Of a DNA stretch of 64,000 bases, positions 1 through 12,014 are shown piece after piece. The stretch lies in contig CM052832.1 in assembly GCA_028534125.1 (NCBI GenBank), positions 11,658,001-11,722,000 on the forward strand, written 5' to 3'. A program made the position numbers and the translations under genes. The notes beneath the pieces are model-generated. The model was not told where the DNA came from, did no database searches, and worked only from the letters and a program-made list of their open reading frames with translations. The stretch is from Lama glama. Taxonomy: Eukaryota. Positions within the stretch are counted from its first letter, which is position 1; each line of letters starts with the position of its first letter.

Positions 1-448
1 ACAGATAAGGAAGGCCTCCCCAGGGCCGCCTTGGTGACCTCTCACCTGCTGCCCACAGTTGCTGGGAGCTCTGTGGGGACCAACAGCACGGTTTTGAGTC
101 ACTCTGAGAAGTACACACCACCTTCTGATGATCTGTCCTGGCCCAGGCGTGAAGTTGCTCAGCCCAGGGCAGAGAGAAAGAGTGCCAGAGAAGGGAGGGA
201 AGGGGGAGCCTGTAGAGGGAGAGGATAGAGTCCCAGGCATGGGAGCAAGGAGTCCAGCTGATGTGCCTGCCCTGGGACGGCAGATCCAAGAGCTCACTGA
301 GCTGACCTTAGCAGGCATCCTGGCTGAGAGTGAAAGGCATGTGGGGGTCCCTTCTACACCGACCGTGCAGTAGAACACTTCTCTATGGAGGTCCTCCTGG
401 GTGTGTGCCTTCACATCTGCCTTCTTTCAAAGGCAGAATAGTCTAGTG

Positions 449-629
449 CAGCGGTTCTCAAAGTGTGGTCCCTGGACCGTAACATCAGTGTCACCTGGAA
501 ACTCATTAGAAATGCACATTCTCTGATCCTTCCCAGACCTACTGAATCAAATTCTGGAGGGGTTGGGGTGGGCAGCAGGCTGTATTTAATAAGCTCTCCA
601 GGCGATTCTAGTAAGTTTGAGAAGCACTG
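449..629. mobile_element. MER5A-like hAT-Charlie MITE
   Basis: TIRs cagcggttctcaaa / tttgagaagcactg; internal agacctactgaatcaaattctgg. Confidence 0.75.
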
Positions 630-639
630 GCTCAGTAAG

Positions 640-830
640 AGAAGGGACTTTGGAGCCAGGTTGCCAGGGTTCATATTCTTATCAGCTGTGTGACCTCAGG
701 CCAATCAGTTAATCCCTCTGATCCTCTATAAAATGTTTCATCGCCTATACATCAGAGACAGTAACTGCAGCCTTGTTATTGTAACGATTAAATAAGAATG
801 TTTATGAGGAGGCTCATAAGGTGCTGCCGG
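640..830 (+). mobile_element. MIR SINE
   Basis: agctgtgtgacctcaggcc...aatccctctga..tctataaaatg core-like sequence. Confidence 0.55.
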
Positions 831-875
831 TTAGAAAGCATCTGTAAGTCTGACCTTCACTGTGTCTCCTTTTAG

Positions 876-987
876 ATAGTATCTGATGCTGCAGGACAGG
901 GCGTGGCCATCACAGGGAACCAGACCTTCAACAACTGGAACTGGCCCAATGCCATGATTTTTGCAGCCACGGTCATCACCACCATCG
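876..987 (+). CDS. KCNK5: KCNK5 (TASK-2) coding exon 2, 112 bp
   Basis: Pyrimidine tract + tttag| acceptor, |gtaagt donor. Translates IVSDAAGQGVAITGNQTFNNWNWPNAMIFAATVITTI(G), the TASK-2 cap/pore helix 1 region. Not in the ORF track. Confidence 0.97.
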
Positions 988-1298
988 GTAAGTCTTCTGG
1001 GACCTTCAGCACACCCACTTCCATGCCCTAGCTCCCCAGAACCTTGTAAGAGTCCGGCTCTGGTCACATGGCCTTGCTGAGATGAAAATCAGGCCAGTTG
1101 CACTCTGTCCTTTTGACACTTCCTTGGGGATTTAGTAAGTCCTTGGTAACTGGCCATCCTTGGGAGGCTGTTCCAGAAGTCCTGACCTGGGCTCTTGGAG
1201 TAGAAACAACACAGCTTGATAGCCAGAGCCGTGCAGGTAGCTGAACAGGCTGCTCACTGCACAAACCCAGCCAATGCTTGCTCACCAATCTAGGTGTC

Positions 1299-1660
1299 TG
1301 TATTCTGGTTACCTATGGCCGCATAACTAACCACCCCAGAAGGTAGGGGCTGAAAACACAACTTACAGTCATTCGCCACTGTGTGGGTTGACTGGGTTCA
1401 GCCAGCTGGTTCTTGTTTAAGGTCTCTAATGTGGCCATCAGGGTGGCTGGGGTTGTGGGCATCCAAAAGCCCAGATGGCTGGACGTCCAGGATGGCCTCT
1501 TCTATGTTTGACAGTTGATGCTGGCAGTTGGCTGGGAGCTTAGCTGGGGATGGAAACACAGTGGCTTGGGCACCTCACAGTATGGCAGCTGGGCTCCCAG
1601 AGGCCACAATCCCCAAAGTAAGCATCTCACAAGATCAGTTAGGACTTAGCAAGCATTGAC
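1299..1660. mobile_element. MLT1 (MaLR) LTR, MLT1H-like
   Basis: tattctggttacctatggccgcataactaaccacccca...gttggctgggagcttagctgggg. Confidence 0.6.
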
Positions 1661-1992
1661 TTGGCATTCTAAATTGCACAGTGGTTCCATGTGGACTCAT
1701 GGAGAACTTGCTAACGGTGGAGGCTTAGTCCACTTCAGGGAGCTCCCAGTCTGATAGAGGACATAGCCCACACCATCATAATTGCTACTAATGATCATGA
1801 TCATACTGCGGTCAAGGGAAATTTCATTTATTGTGTTGATACTAGATCAATGTCAAATGATCTCAGAGAATGGGCTCTTCTCAAGCTGGGTGTCTGTGTG
1901 CGTGTGCGTGTGTGTGGTGAGGCAGGGGCCACTCCAAGTCTGGGTCCATCACCCCTGCCGTGGCCTGTTGGCCTCACACTTCTTCTCCTCAG

Positions 1993-2159
1993 GGTATGGC
2001 AACGTGGCCCCCAAGACCCCCGCTGGGCGCCTCTTCTGTGTCTTCTATGGGCTCTTTGGGGTGCCGCTCTGTCTGACATGGATCAGTGCCTTGGGCAAGT
2101 TCTTCGGGGGACGTGCCAAGCGGCTGGGCCAGTTCCTCACCAAGAGAGGCGTGAGCCTG
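1993..2159 (+). CDS. KCNK5: KCNK5 coding exon 3, 167 bp
   Basis: ctcctcag| acceptor, |gtatgt donor. Translates (G)YGNVAPKTPAGRLFCVFYGLFGVPLCLTWISALGKFFGGRAKRLGQFLTKRGVSL, completing the TIGYG filter and M2. Phase is consistent with exon 2. Confidence 0.97.
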
Positions 2160-2444
2160 GTATGTCTCTAAGCACAGGTGCTGGGCAGGGAGGGGGAACC
2201 CTGGCAGGTAATGGGAGGGTGGGAGGAATCCAGGAATTGGACAGAGGTGTCAGAACAGAGGGCGAGAGGGCAGCCTGTTTCAGAGCGCCCTGCCCTCCTG
2301 GGCGAGGCTGGGAACATCGCTCACTCCCTGGGCATTGAGCCTCCTCCCAGTCTCGGTGCCCGGCCAGCCTTCCCTCTGGGTGCCTCTGCTGGGTTTCCCT
2401 GGTCTCCCCCGCCGTCTGATTGGTCTCCCCACCCACCCCTGCAG

Positions 2445-2613
2445 CGCAAGGCGCAGATCACGTGCACGGCCATCTTCATCTTGTGGGGCGTGCTGGTCCA
2501 CCTGGTGATCCCACCCTTCGTGTTCATGGTAACAGAGGAGTGGAACTACATCGAGGGCCTCTACTACTCCTTCATCACCATCTCCACCATCGGCTTTGGC
2601 GACTTTGTGGCCG
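2445..2613 (+). CDS. KCNK5: KCNK5 coding exon 4, 169 bp
   Basis: ctgcag| acceptor, |gtgagt donor. Translates RKAQITCTAIFILWGVLVHLVIPPFVFMVTEEWNYIEGLYYSFITISTIGFGDFVA(G): M3 and second pore (TIGFG). Confidence 0.97.
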
Positions 2614-4748
2614 GTGAGTCCTGCGCCTTGCCTCTGCCCACCCTCTCTTCCTCTGCTTCTCCTGCTGTTTTAGGTCAGCTGACCTTCACTGGGGGCCCTG
2701 CTAGGCATTCAGGATTCTGGGACTCCACCCAGCAGGGTCCTTACCCAGCCCTGCCAGTTGTAAGAGGAAGCCAAGGCACAGAGCAATTGCAGAAGTTGTC
2801 TATTTTCCTTTCTTGGAACTTGGCTTTTTCCTCCTCCTCCTTCATGTTTGGTATACGCTCTCTTCCTCTCTTCTCCTGTCTCCCGAGCTTAGTGCTTAGG
2901 TGCACTGGGGGCTGGGGGCGAGGCCTTCTGCCTGCAGGGTTTGTGCCTGTTGCCCCGAGAGCCCCTGGGCCGAGCCAGGCCCGCACCCACCCCCGCGTCC
3001 CCACTGCCTGCCTTCCATCACTCACAGTCGCTGAGAGAGCCACCATGGACGCTTGGCTCAGAGGCCCGAAACTGCTCTTGCCACAGGCAGCTTAAGGACA
3101 GGAGAGGCCTGCTCCCAAGCTCCTCCCTCCCACTCTTCCCCTACTTAATCCAGGAGGGTGATAAGATTCTTTGGGCCCTTTGTACTCACGCACTTGGGCC
3201 TTTTGTCTGTACTCACGTGCCCGTGGCCTGCACAATGTCTTGGTTCTTAATCTTCTCAACACCCCATTTGGTTGCATTGACACAGTGTTTGCTCTCTCAT
3301 GCCTGCTGCCCTGCCCAGCTGACCTCAACCTCTGCTCCAGGACCTCTGCTCTCTCCCCCTCCCCCTTCGTAGGGGGCAGAGCCAGGTCACTACCCTCCTG
3401 CTCCAATGTAAGTGCAGACTCAGAACACTGGGATGGGGCAGCCAACTGGGTGGGAGGAGCAGGAAAGAGAGGCCTGAACACTTTACTGACCCTGGCCGAT
3501 CTAAGCCTGCTGTCCTGGGAGATAAATTTAGACGGAGGCACAACCCTGCCATTGTCTAGCCACTGGGGCCTAGAGCAGGCTAAAGAGAAGCCTTTGTGTA
3601 GGAGAAGCACAGAAGCATGTTTAATCATACTTTCTCAGCTCCAGGAAGACACCAAAGTGCTGCCTCAGTTTCCTCATCTGTAAAATTGGTTTAAAAAAAA
3701 AGTGATGGTGCCTTCCTCCGAGGGTGGTGGACCATCAAATGAGTTGCTGTTCATGAGTGTTAAGAGCAGGGCCAGGCTAGACGAGTGTGCACCCTGATTG
3801 TCATGGTAACCTGCTTATGAACAGACTGACAGCAGGATGGCCTTCGGGGAACCTCCAATCTGATGAGGGAGGTATAGTCCTTGCCCTAAGGGAGCCCCAT
3901 TCTGGAAGTGGCTCCCTTCCTCCAGTTCCTTTTCCAAGTTGCTCCCAGTCTTAGGCAGGAGGGGGGACACAGGATACATAATAATACAGGTCAACAGGAC
4001 TGGAAGCGTCAAGTTAAATCTCAGTGATCCTGGAGGGTAGGGGAGCGGCCAGAGCTGTGCAGGGTGACCCAGGATGGCTCCCTGGAGCAGGTGTCAGAAG
4101 CCTGGCTGCGGAGGAAGGGGGCGAGCAGAGGGCAGAGCTCTCCGGACCGTGGGAGGAACCAGCTGGAGGAAGGCAGGAACACGAAGTCAGGAGGCAGGTC
4201 AGATGTTACCAGAAGGAGAATCAAGGCTGCCCAGGATATTTCTTGCCAGGAGCAGTGCTCTCAGACACCTCGGCCCCACCACCTGCCTCATTTATATTAA
4301 ATCAGTGAGACCCAGCAGTGAGGATGCCAGCCGCCCCCTCACTTAACTGAACTGTAACATGTACACCCCAAAAGTACACAAAGCAGCCAGGTGTTGGGGT
4401 CAGTAAATAATTGAAAGGCCAATATTTATGGCTTAGTTCCTGGCCTGAGTGCTGGCTCTGTTACCAGCCTCCCCAGAGGAGCCTCCCTCACCCTGGGGAG
4501 CCACTCTCCTGACCTTTGACAGTTGAGGGTCTGGGACAGGCACACGAGTGACAGAGCCAAGGTCCTTCAGGATAAAGGGGTGTCCGGGTTCTAGCATAGG
4601 CCTCCTGTCTTTCTTGGTACGTCCCCGTTGCTGCTTTGTGTTCCAATGCTGTGCCCACTCTCGGGTGACACAGCTTTGGCCTTTGTGTGTTTCTGGGTCC
4701 CCGCTGACCCCTGTTCCTGATCCTCTGGGCTTCCTGACCTGCCCTCAG

Positions 4749-5617
4749 GTGTGAACCCCAGCGCCAACTACCACGCTCTGTACCGCTACTTCGTGGAGCT
4801 CTGGATCTACCTGGGGCTGGCCTGGCTGTCCCTCTTTGTCAACTGGAAGGTGAGCATGTTTGTGGAGGTGCACAAGGCCATTAAGAAGCGGCGGCGGCGG
4901 CGGAAAGAGTCCTTTGAGAGCTCCCCACACTCCAGGAAGGCCCTGCAGGTGGCGGGGAGCGCGGGGTCCAAGGACGTCAACATCTTCAGCTTTCTGTCCA
5001 AAAAGGAGGAGACTTACAATGACCTCATCAAGCAGATCGGGAAGAAGGCGATGAAGACCGGCGGGGGTGGGGAGCGGGTCCCGGGACCGGGGCTGGGGCC
5101 CCGGGGGGGTGGGCTGCCAGCCCTGCCCACCTCCCTGGCCCCCCTAGTGGTCTACTCCAAAAGCCGGGTGCCCAGCTTGGAAGAGGTGTCCCAGACACTG
5201 AGGAGCAAAGGCCACGTGGCGCGGCCCCCTGATGAGGAGGCCGAGGCGGGGCCCACCGAGCAGGGCTCTCCCACCTCTGAGGTGTTCATTAACCAGCTGG
5301 ACCGCATCAGCGAGGAGGGCGAGCTGTGGAATGCCCAGGACTACCACCCGCTCATCTTCCAGGACGCCAACATCACCTTTGTGAACGAGGAGGCTGGCGT
5401 CTCGGACGAGGAGACGTCCAAGTCCTCACTTGAGGACAACCTGGCTGGGGAGGAGAGGCCCCAGGAGGGGGCCACGGCCGAGGCGCCCCTGAACCTGGGC
5501 GAGTTCCCCTCGTCGGACGAGTCCACCTTCACCACCAGCACCGAGTCGGAGCTCTCTGTGCCTTATGAACAGCTCATGAACGAGTACAATAAGGCAAACG
5601 GCCCCAAAGGCACATGA
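4749..5617 (+). CDS. KCNK5: KCNK5 terminal coding exon 5 (M4 and cytoplasmic tail)
   Basis: ccctcag| acceptor. Translates (G)VNPSANYHALYRYFVELWIYLGLAWLSLFVNWKVSMF...YEQLMNEYNKANGPKGT*, TGA at 5615-5617. Residues equivalent to the pH sensors R224 and K245 are present. Confidence 0.97.
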
Positions 5618-7495
5618 GGCAGGGCTGGCTCCCCACCCCACCTTCGATGGCTTCTGTTCTCAACCTGGGCGTCCTGCTGTGGCTGGGATGCCTGGCCCCT
5701 GGTGGGGGGCAGCCCTGGAACTGGGAGTGGGGGGCTAGGGGCCTTCCTCACCTCCATCCCCTGCAGCTAGACGCTACCAGTCAGACATGGCGTGCCCAGG
5801 ACAGGGCTCTGTTCTCCAGCTGTGAACGGGCATCCTGGCAGTTGGGGGCGTCTGTCCTGAGCATGGCTGGTGTATCTGATGGTTCAAAGACACACATGGG
5901 TTGGCAGGACTGATCCCGGGGGGGCCTGCACCTGTGCGGGTCTCCACCCTGTCATTCGGTTAAGAATGGCACACGGTTCTCTGAGGCTGAGGGACTTCAG
6001 TCATTTGTGTTCACCAGTATTAATGCAGTCCTTCCGTGTGCCTGGCACTGAAGGCAGCATTTTGGAGGGAAGGTGGAGGCGATATAAGACCCCAAGGACA
6101 GTGGTGATGTGAGGAGCTGGGCACATCAGTGCCTCAGCAGTTGCAGGGTCCTCCTGGGGCATGAATTTAACCATCTCCCAGTCCCACCTCATCTGCCTGT
6201 CACCCCTACTGCAAACCTCAGTAGGGAAGAGGCCATCAAGGGGGAGGGGAGGGGAGCTGATGGGCAGGTGCTGAAACACTCCTGATATGAGAGACCCCAA
6301 GCAATTTCCATGTGTGGTCCAGGGTCGCAGTCCTTCCTGTGGACTCACTGGGGCGGAGCCCAGCCCAGAGCCCAGTTCCCTGTCCCAGACACCCTTTGGC
6401 CAAGCAATGGCAGGTGCCTTTCTGCCTTCAAGGAAGTGGTGGGAGAGAGGCTGGCAGGCCGGGGCCGTGGAGGCTGGGGCTCCTGGAGCTGGCAGCTGGG
6501 GGGCTGCAGGAGTGGGGTCAGCTCCAGCTCATTCAGCCTCCCCTCCCGGCCCGCTGTCTTCTCACTCCCTGGGCCCAGAATAAGGACCTCACCACTCCCC
6601 AGCTCTCTCTTGGCTCACAAGCAGGGAATGGCCAAATATGTGAATCACGCTCCTCCCTCTTGTTTGCTGCTGTTCGTTTGTGTGTGTGTGTGTGTGTGTC
6701 TGTCTGTCTGTCTCTGTCTAAGAAAGGAAAGGATTTGCCATGGGGGGAGCAAAAGATAATGTGAAACTGTACACAGACCGTTTCCGGTGAGGGGCTGGCA
6801 GGGTTCCTGGGTTCTCCGTGGTGCGCAGCCCAGGGCCGGCCCACTCTGCCCTGCATGTTTTGTCTTGTTCTTTTTTAAATGAACTGCTGTTTTTAATAGA
6901 CCTGGCTTCTGTTATTAGCTTCAGATCTGCAGGGGAGGACAGGTGAAAGAGCAGTGTCCCAAGGATCGGGATGTCTCGTGTTCACTCTCCTACCCGCCCC
7001 CACAGCCCAACTGGGCCTTTCTCGGTGACCTTGGCCAAGGTCACGGTGTCAGAGAGGGGCAGGGGGCGCGGATCAGCAGGCGAGCACAGTCCAGGAGGGG
7101 CCTCCGTTGCAGGCTACTGGATGCTGGGCAGGTGAGCGATTACCTCGACCCAAACACCTCTCTGCCTGTCAGCCCCCTCCTCAGTACTGTGGGGCCCAAG
7201 AAGGCCAGAACCCCACTCACCCCCAGCAGTGAAGATGGCAATGGGCGCGGGTATCCATACCTCTGCTCATCCTGTGACCCAGAGGTCCGCTGGTCCGGCA
7301 GTGGGCTGGGAAGGACTGGCCTTCTGTTTTTCTGTGACATATTTCAAGGAGCTCGTCTTAGCTTCCTCATCCCACCTGGCTGGGGTGTGTCTGGCTGTCC
7401 TGGAATCACAAACACTGTATGAACATACTGGCAATGATGCCAAATGTAATTTATTTTCACATTTTTTACAATAAAACATGAGATAGACAAGCCAG
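5618..7495 (+). other. KCNK5: KCNK5 3' UTR (~1.9 kb, end approximate)
   Basis: Runs from the stop codon to an AT-rich block containing AATAAA at 7470-7475. Confidence 0.7.
7470..7475 (+). terminator. Polyadenylation signal AATAAA of KCNK5
   Basis: Canonical hexamer preceded by U-rich/UGUA sequence (aaatgtaatttattttcacatttttt). Confidence 0.75.
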
Positions 7496-9130
7496 TCTGA
7501 TGTGTGCTGGAAGTGAGGGGAGGGAGATAAGGTGGTGGGGGGGCAGCCTGGGAGGATCTGAGGACAGCCCGAGGGTCAAGGGGAGACCTGGAGTGGTCTG
7601 GAAGGGAGAAAAAAATGAAAGAGGTAAGGTGGAGAAGGGGCAGGCTACTAAAGATGTGGTCATTGCGGGCCCTTTAAGGGCCTCCCTTTAAGGGGAGGAT
7701 TTGTCAGGCTTCATGGTCTCCACACTTTTGAGATTAACCTCTTCCATGGCAGTGTCAGGGTCCCCTTCCCATACCACACAGGACATTGGTTCAAATTTTG
7801 AGTCCACGAGGGAAAAAGTAATTTTCTGTGATTTCAGAAATGAAGCGTATTTTTCATGAGGGTGTGGCTGTGTTTACAAGGGATCACTAACTGATTAAAA
7901 TACTAACTGATTCTGTAATGACTTGGTCCCATCCCTTGCTTTGCTAAAACATCCCCGCACACACTGGTCCAAGCTTCTGGTTTTACTCTGGCCCCTTCCA
8001 GCTCCCCAGGTAGCCCATTCCATTCACTATCTTTGTTTAGCACTTGACTGTCTCACAAAGCCCTCTGACAGGCATGGCTCGGAGCACTGGGTGGCCCAGG
8101 GCGCTTGTCCCCCTGTGACGGCTGGGAGGGCATGACTTTCCCACGCACAGCATCTTGGGGCTGTGCTCCTGGATGACAAGGCACCACCCAGAGGCCCGGG
8201 GTAGAGGAGCTTTGGTCCTGGGCCACTGTGGTTGAGATGAGTCAGGAGCTTTGGAGTGAAAGTTCTGGAAAGGGAAGGGTGGGACAGCAGCTGGAGCAGA
8301 GGAAGGGGTGCCATAGAGAGGGGCATGGTGAGCCCTCATGTCACTGTCACTGCCCATCACTCACTGTGCCCGTGAGCTCTTGTGGGATGGCAGGTGGATG
8401 AGGTGGTTTGGAAGTCCAGGGAGAGGGCCCTGGCAGGGAATCCCTGCTGTTGAGCCGGGTCAGAGAGACCTGCGGGGGTTGCACTGTTGAACCTCAGAGT
8501 TCCATGGCTTCTGAGGTGGACACGCCCACTCAGGCGGGCTGCTCCCCGCAGCCCTCCAGCCCCACATCCTTCCCAGCTACCTCCTAGAAGCCTTCCTGCC
8601 CTAGCAGTGAACTGGCACCTGCTCTCCAGTGTCGCCATTCAGTCTCTCCATTTATTCCTTCAACTGATGATCACTGAGCACCCACTGTGGACCAGGTCCT
8701 AGGCCCTTGGAAAACTACAGCGTGTAAAATGGACAAAAGTCCCATTGGTGGCGCCTACAGCTTGCTCTCATTTCTGACTGTTTCATGGTCTGCTCGGTAT
8801 TTATGTCCTGTCCATGTCCCCAAGGCTCTTTTAATTTTGTCTCTCCTAGCTTACGTCTTTCAATCCTCACAACAGATAATGTTATTATTAACCCCACTTA
8901 ACAGATGAAGAGACTTGAGGCAAATACAGGATTTTCACAAATTCAAACAGGTATTAAGTAACAGCAAAACAGCTTCCCTGACTCACATTTCCATCCCTCA
9001 TTCTACCCTCCAGAAGTTCCTAGTCTGATGGGGGAGACATCCTGAGAAAAGCCAGTCTGATGGAGGAGACAGTTCCTACCCTCAGAGTCTGCAGTCTGAG
9101 GGGCAGAGGAGCACAAGAATAGAAAATAAG

Positions 9131-9478
9131 GGGGCTGAGCCAAGATGGCAGAGTAGAGAGACTCACAGCTTGCCCTCCCACAAATACACCAAGAATTACA
9201 TCTACAAACCCATTAAATCGCACAGAACACCTACTGAACTCTGGCAGGGTAACTCGCTTCGCAGTACAGAAGGATTCTCATGAAATCTGATAAACAGCAA
9301 GTTCATACCATATAGCACAGAGAACTATATTCAATATCTTGCAGTAGCTCCTGGCGAAAAATAATATGAAAATGAATATATACATATATATGTTCCTATA
9401 TGACTGAAACATTATGCTGTACGCCAGAAATTGACACAACATTGTAGACTGACTACACTTCAACAACAACAAAAAAGA
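9131..9478 (+). mobile_element. Bipartite L1 derivative: L1 5' end (9131-9289) fused to L1 3' end and A-rich tail (9290-9478)
   Basis: Exact 13-bp TSD aatagaaaataag at 9118-9130 and 9479-9491. Starts ggggctgagccaagatggc (L1 start with YY1-type site). The 3' half matches the other L1 3' ends at 26164+ and 29591-29801. Confidence 0.85.
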
Positions 9479-10285
9479 AATAGAAAATAAGCACGAACTC
9501 TGGGTACCAGCTGGGCCTCTGCCTCCTCCATGCCAGGGCTGATTAAAAGAAACTGGGATGTTTGGGTCTCACTCCCTAACTGGAAAGGTTATCCTCATCA
9601 TCATCTAAACATGGGGCAGAGGCAATGGGAGGAAGGCAGCAGGCTGGGCTGCACTGCTCTGGGTGGGGGTCCCCAGGAATGGCCGCCCCTCTGTGGGGGC
9701 CCCTGAGGCTTGGACTCAGCCCTGCCAGTCAGCTGTCCACCCCTGAAATAACAAGTCCCCAATTTCCAAATCCATGCACAACTGATCCAGGATCCAGATG
9801 CCGGTTTGTGAACTGCCAGGATGTGTTTAACTAATACGAGAGCGCCTCCCCAAATCTCTGCCCCTTCTCTCCACCCTGGCTACCAGCCAGGGCACCACAG
9901 CCCCTCCCCTGGATCCCCACAACGGCACAGGGCCTGGCACCTGGCAGGGCTCCACAGAGCCCTCGTCTGTTGAATGAATGAATGAATGAGCTCCCCTTAG
10001 CTGGTCTCCTTCCACCTGGCCATCACTGCAAGCAGCAGGCTGAAGCCCAGACTCAGATGTGACCCCCTTTTTCTCCTGCTTTAAACTCCTCCCAGGGCTC
10101 ACACTGCTCCTCCTGGTGTAGCCTCTCTCTCCAGCCTCATCTGCCACCCCGCCCCCCACCTCTCTGGGCTCCAGACACAGCGAAGCTTCCTAAATGAGCC
10201 AGGACACCCCATCTTTGCCCATGCCGTTTCCTCTGCTCGGGATGCCCTTCCTCTCCTCCGGCTAGTCTCAAGATCTGGTGAGATT

Positions 10286-10415
10286 TTTTTTTTTCTTTTT
10301 GGTGGGGGGAGGTAATTAGGTTTATTTATTTATTTCTGGAGGAGGTACTGGGGATTGAACCCAGGACCTGCATGCTATGCACGCACTCTACCACTTGAGC
10401 AATACCCTCCCCGCT
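10286..10415 (-). mobile_element. tRNA-derived SINE, camelid Vic-1 type
   Basis: Minus strand reads ggggagggtattgctcaagtggtagagtgc...ggttcaatcccc (Pol III A/B boxes) with an A-rich tail. 16-bp TSD with 2 mismatches (10270-10285 / 10416-10431). Confidence 0.85.
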
Positions 10416-11563
10416 AAGACCTGGTGGGATTAAAGATAGACATCCACTTCTCCAGGAAGAGTTCCATAGTTACTGGCCCCCCTCCTGGATTTGGGTCAGA
10501 TGTCCCTCCCCTGGGCTGGGAGCCCCTCCCTCAGCCAGCTGGCTGCTTCCACGCTGTTCAAGTTGCCTGTCTCCTGGTCTGGAGCCTCCAAGAGAGCAGG
10601 GAGTGGCTTGTTCACCTTGGATCCAAACCAGGGGGCCCAGGCCAGCGTGGAGAAGGGCCCGCTTTTCAGTGATTATTGACTGGAGGGTGGGCAAACCAGA
10701 GTCCTGTTCCCTCCCATTGTAATTCAGCCCCTCTCTTCCCCAGGCAGAGGCCAAATTAGGAGGCGGGCTTACTCCACGAGGGCAAGTCCCTGCAAAGCTG
10801 GGCGGATGATCTTGAGGGGCCTTGTCCCAGGCTGCATTGGCCTGGTGAGTCACCTAATTGTGCCGTCATCTGAATCTGGGAGGCCGGTCAGGGACACAGC
10901 GCTCCTTACTTCTTCGCACTCCAGGAATCCTCTCTGTCTAAATCCTCTTTCCCCTTTCCAGACACCTTTCTGTCCTCACCTCTCATTGTCCCCAGAGCAG
11001 CAGCGTCCCTTCTGGTCACCACTCCCTGATGATAGGGGGGTGGGGTGGGGCCAGGCACACCCCCTCCGCAGCCCCCAAGTCCCTGTGCTTCCCTGGGGAC
11101 TACCTGTGCTTACAGTGACCCCTCACCTCGGTTCTGGGCAGCCCAGTTTACAAAGCCCTTTCACATCCATTCTTGTGGGATTACTCAACTACCTGGGAAC
11201 CACGTGCAATATTTTATTGGCCGATTTAAGGGTTTTTTTCCAAATGAGGAAACTGAGTGTTTGGGTTTGGTTTCCTAGGAGAGCAAGGCCAAAGCCCAGA
11301 ACTGGGAGATGATTGGAGGAAGCAGCAGAAAGGGAGAGGAAAATACAGGTGGGGACAGAGCATGCGGTAATTAAGGGAGAACCAGTGAGCTAGTTCCATT
11401 GTAGGCAACTGGGGCTCACTCCTGCTGGTACCCCCCCGAAGAGCCTGTTGAATACACCTCAGAGAGGCAGGAAACCTGCATCTGTCCACCAGTTTCCCCC
11501 TCGGTGGTGAAGGATGGCCCCAGGGACACGAATCCCCACCCACCTCCCATACAGGCTGGATGT

Positions 11564-12014
11564 GGTGGACTGTATCGTCCAAAGATGGCCGTGACAACAC
11601 TCCCATCCCACAATCTCCTTGGCAAAGTGAGCTTGCCACTCCCCGAGCAGTCCAGGGAGCCTGTTCCCCTTGCACGTGGGCTGCTGGCCCTGGGACTGTT
11701 CAGATCAACAGAATACTGTGCAAGTAAGCTTCTGTGATTTCTGAAGCCATGTGTTAAGAGGCCTGGCAGCTTCCCATTTTGTGCTCTTGGAGAACCTTGC
11801 TGCAAGGTAAGAAATCCACGTCCCCGGAGCCCCACGCTACGGAGGGAATCTGCCCAGCCAAGGAGTCGTCTCGGGCGCTCCAGCCCCAGCTGAGGCTACG
11901 TGAAGAGCCCAGCTACCCCCCAGATCGCAGAATTGTGAGCCAATAAATGGTTGGTGTTGTTCTAAGCCTCTAAGTTTTGGAGTGGATGGTTACACAGCAA
12001 CAGCTCATGGGAAC
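11564..12014 (+). mobile_element. MLT1 (MaLR) LTR, MLT1F/G-like
   Basis: tgtggtggactg start; ends aataaatggttggtgttgttctaagcctctaagttttggagtggatggttacacagcaacagctcatgggaaca. Confidence 0.65.

Noticed and set aside
2178..3095. 305-aa ORF spanning KCNK5 intron 3, exon 4 and intron 4
   Set aside because: Only 2445-2613 is KCNK5-like and bounded by canonical splice sites. The rest is open GC-rich intron with a GTG start, and retention of intron 3 meets TAA at 2169-2171.
7669..7698. Doubled cctttaaggg near-palindrome just after the KCNK5 poly(A) site
   Set aside because: Short, explicable by local duplication, and with no functional support.
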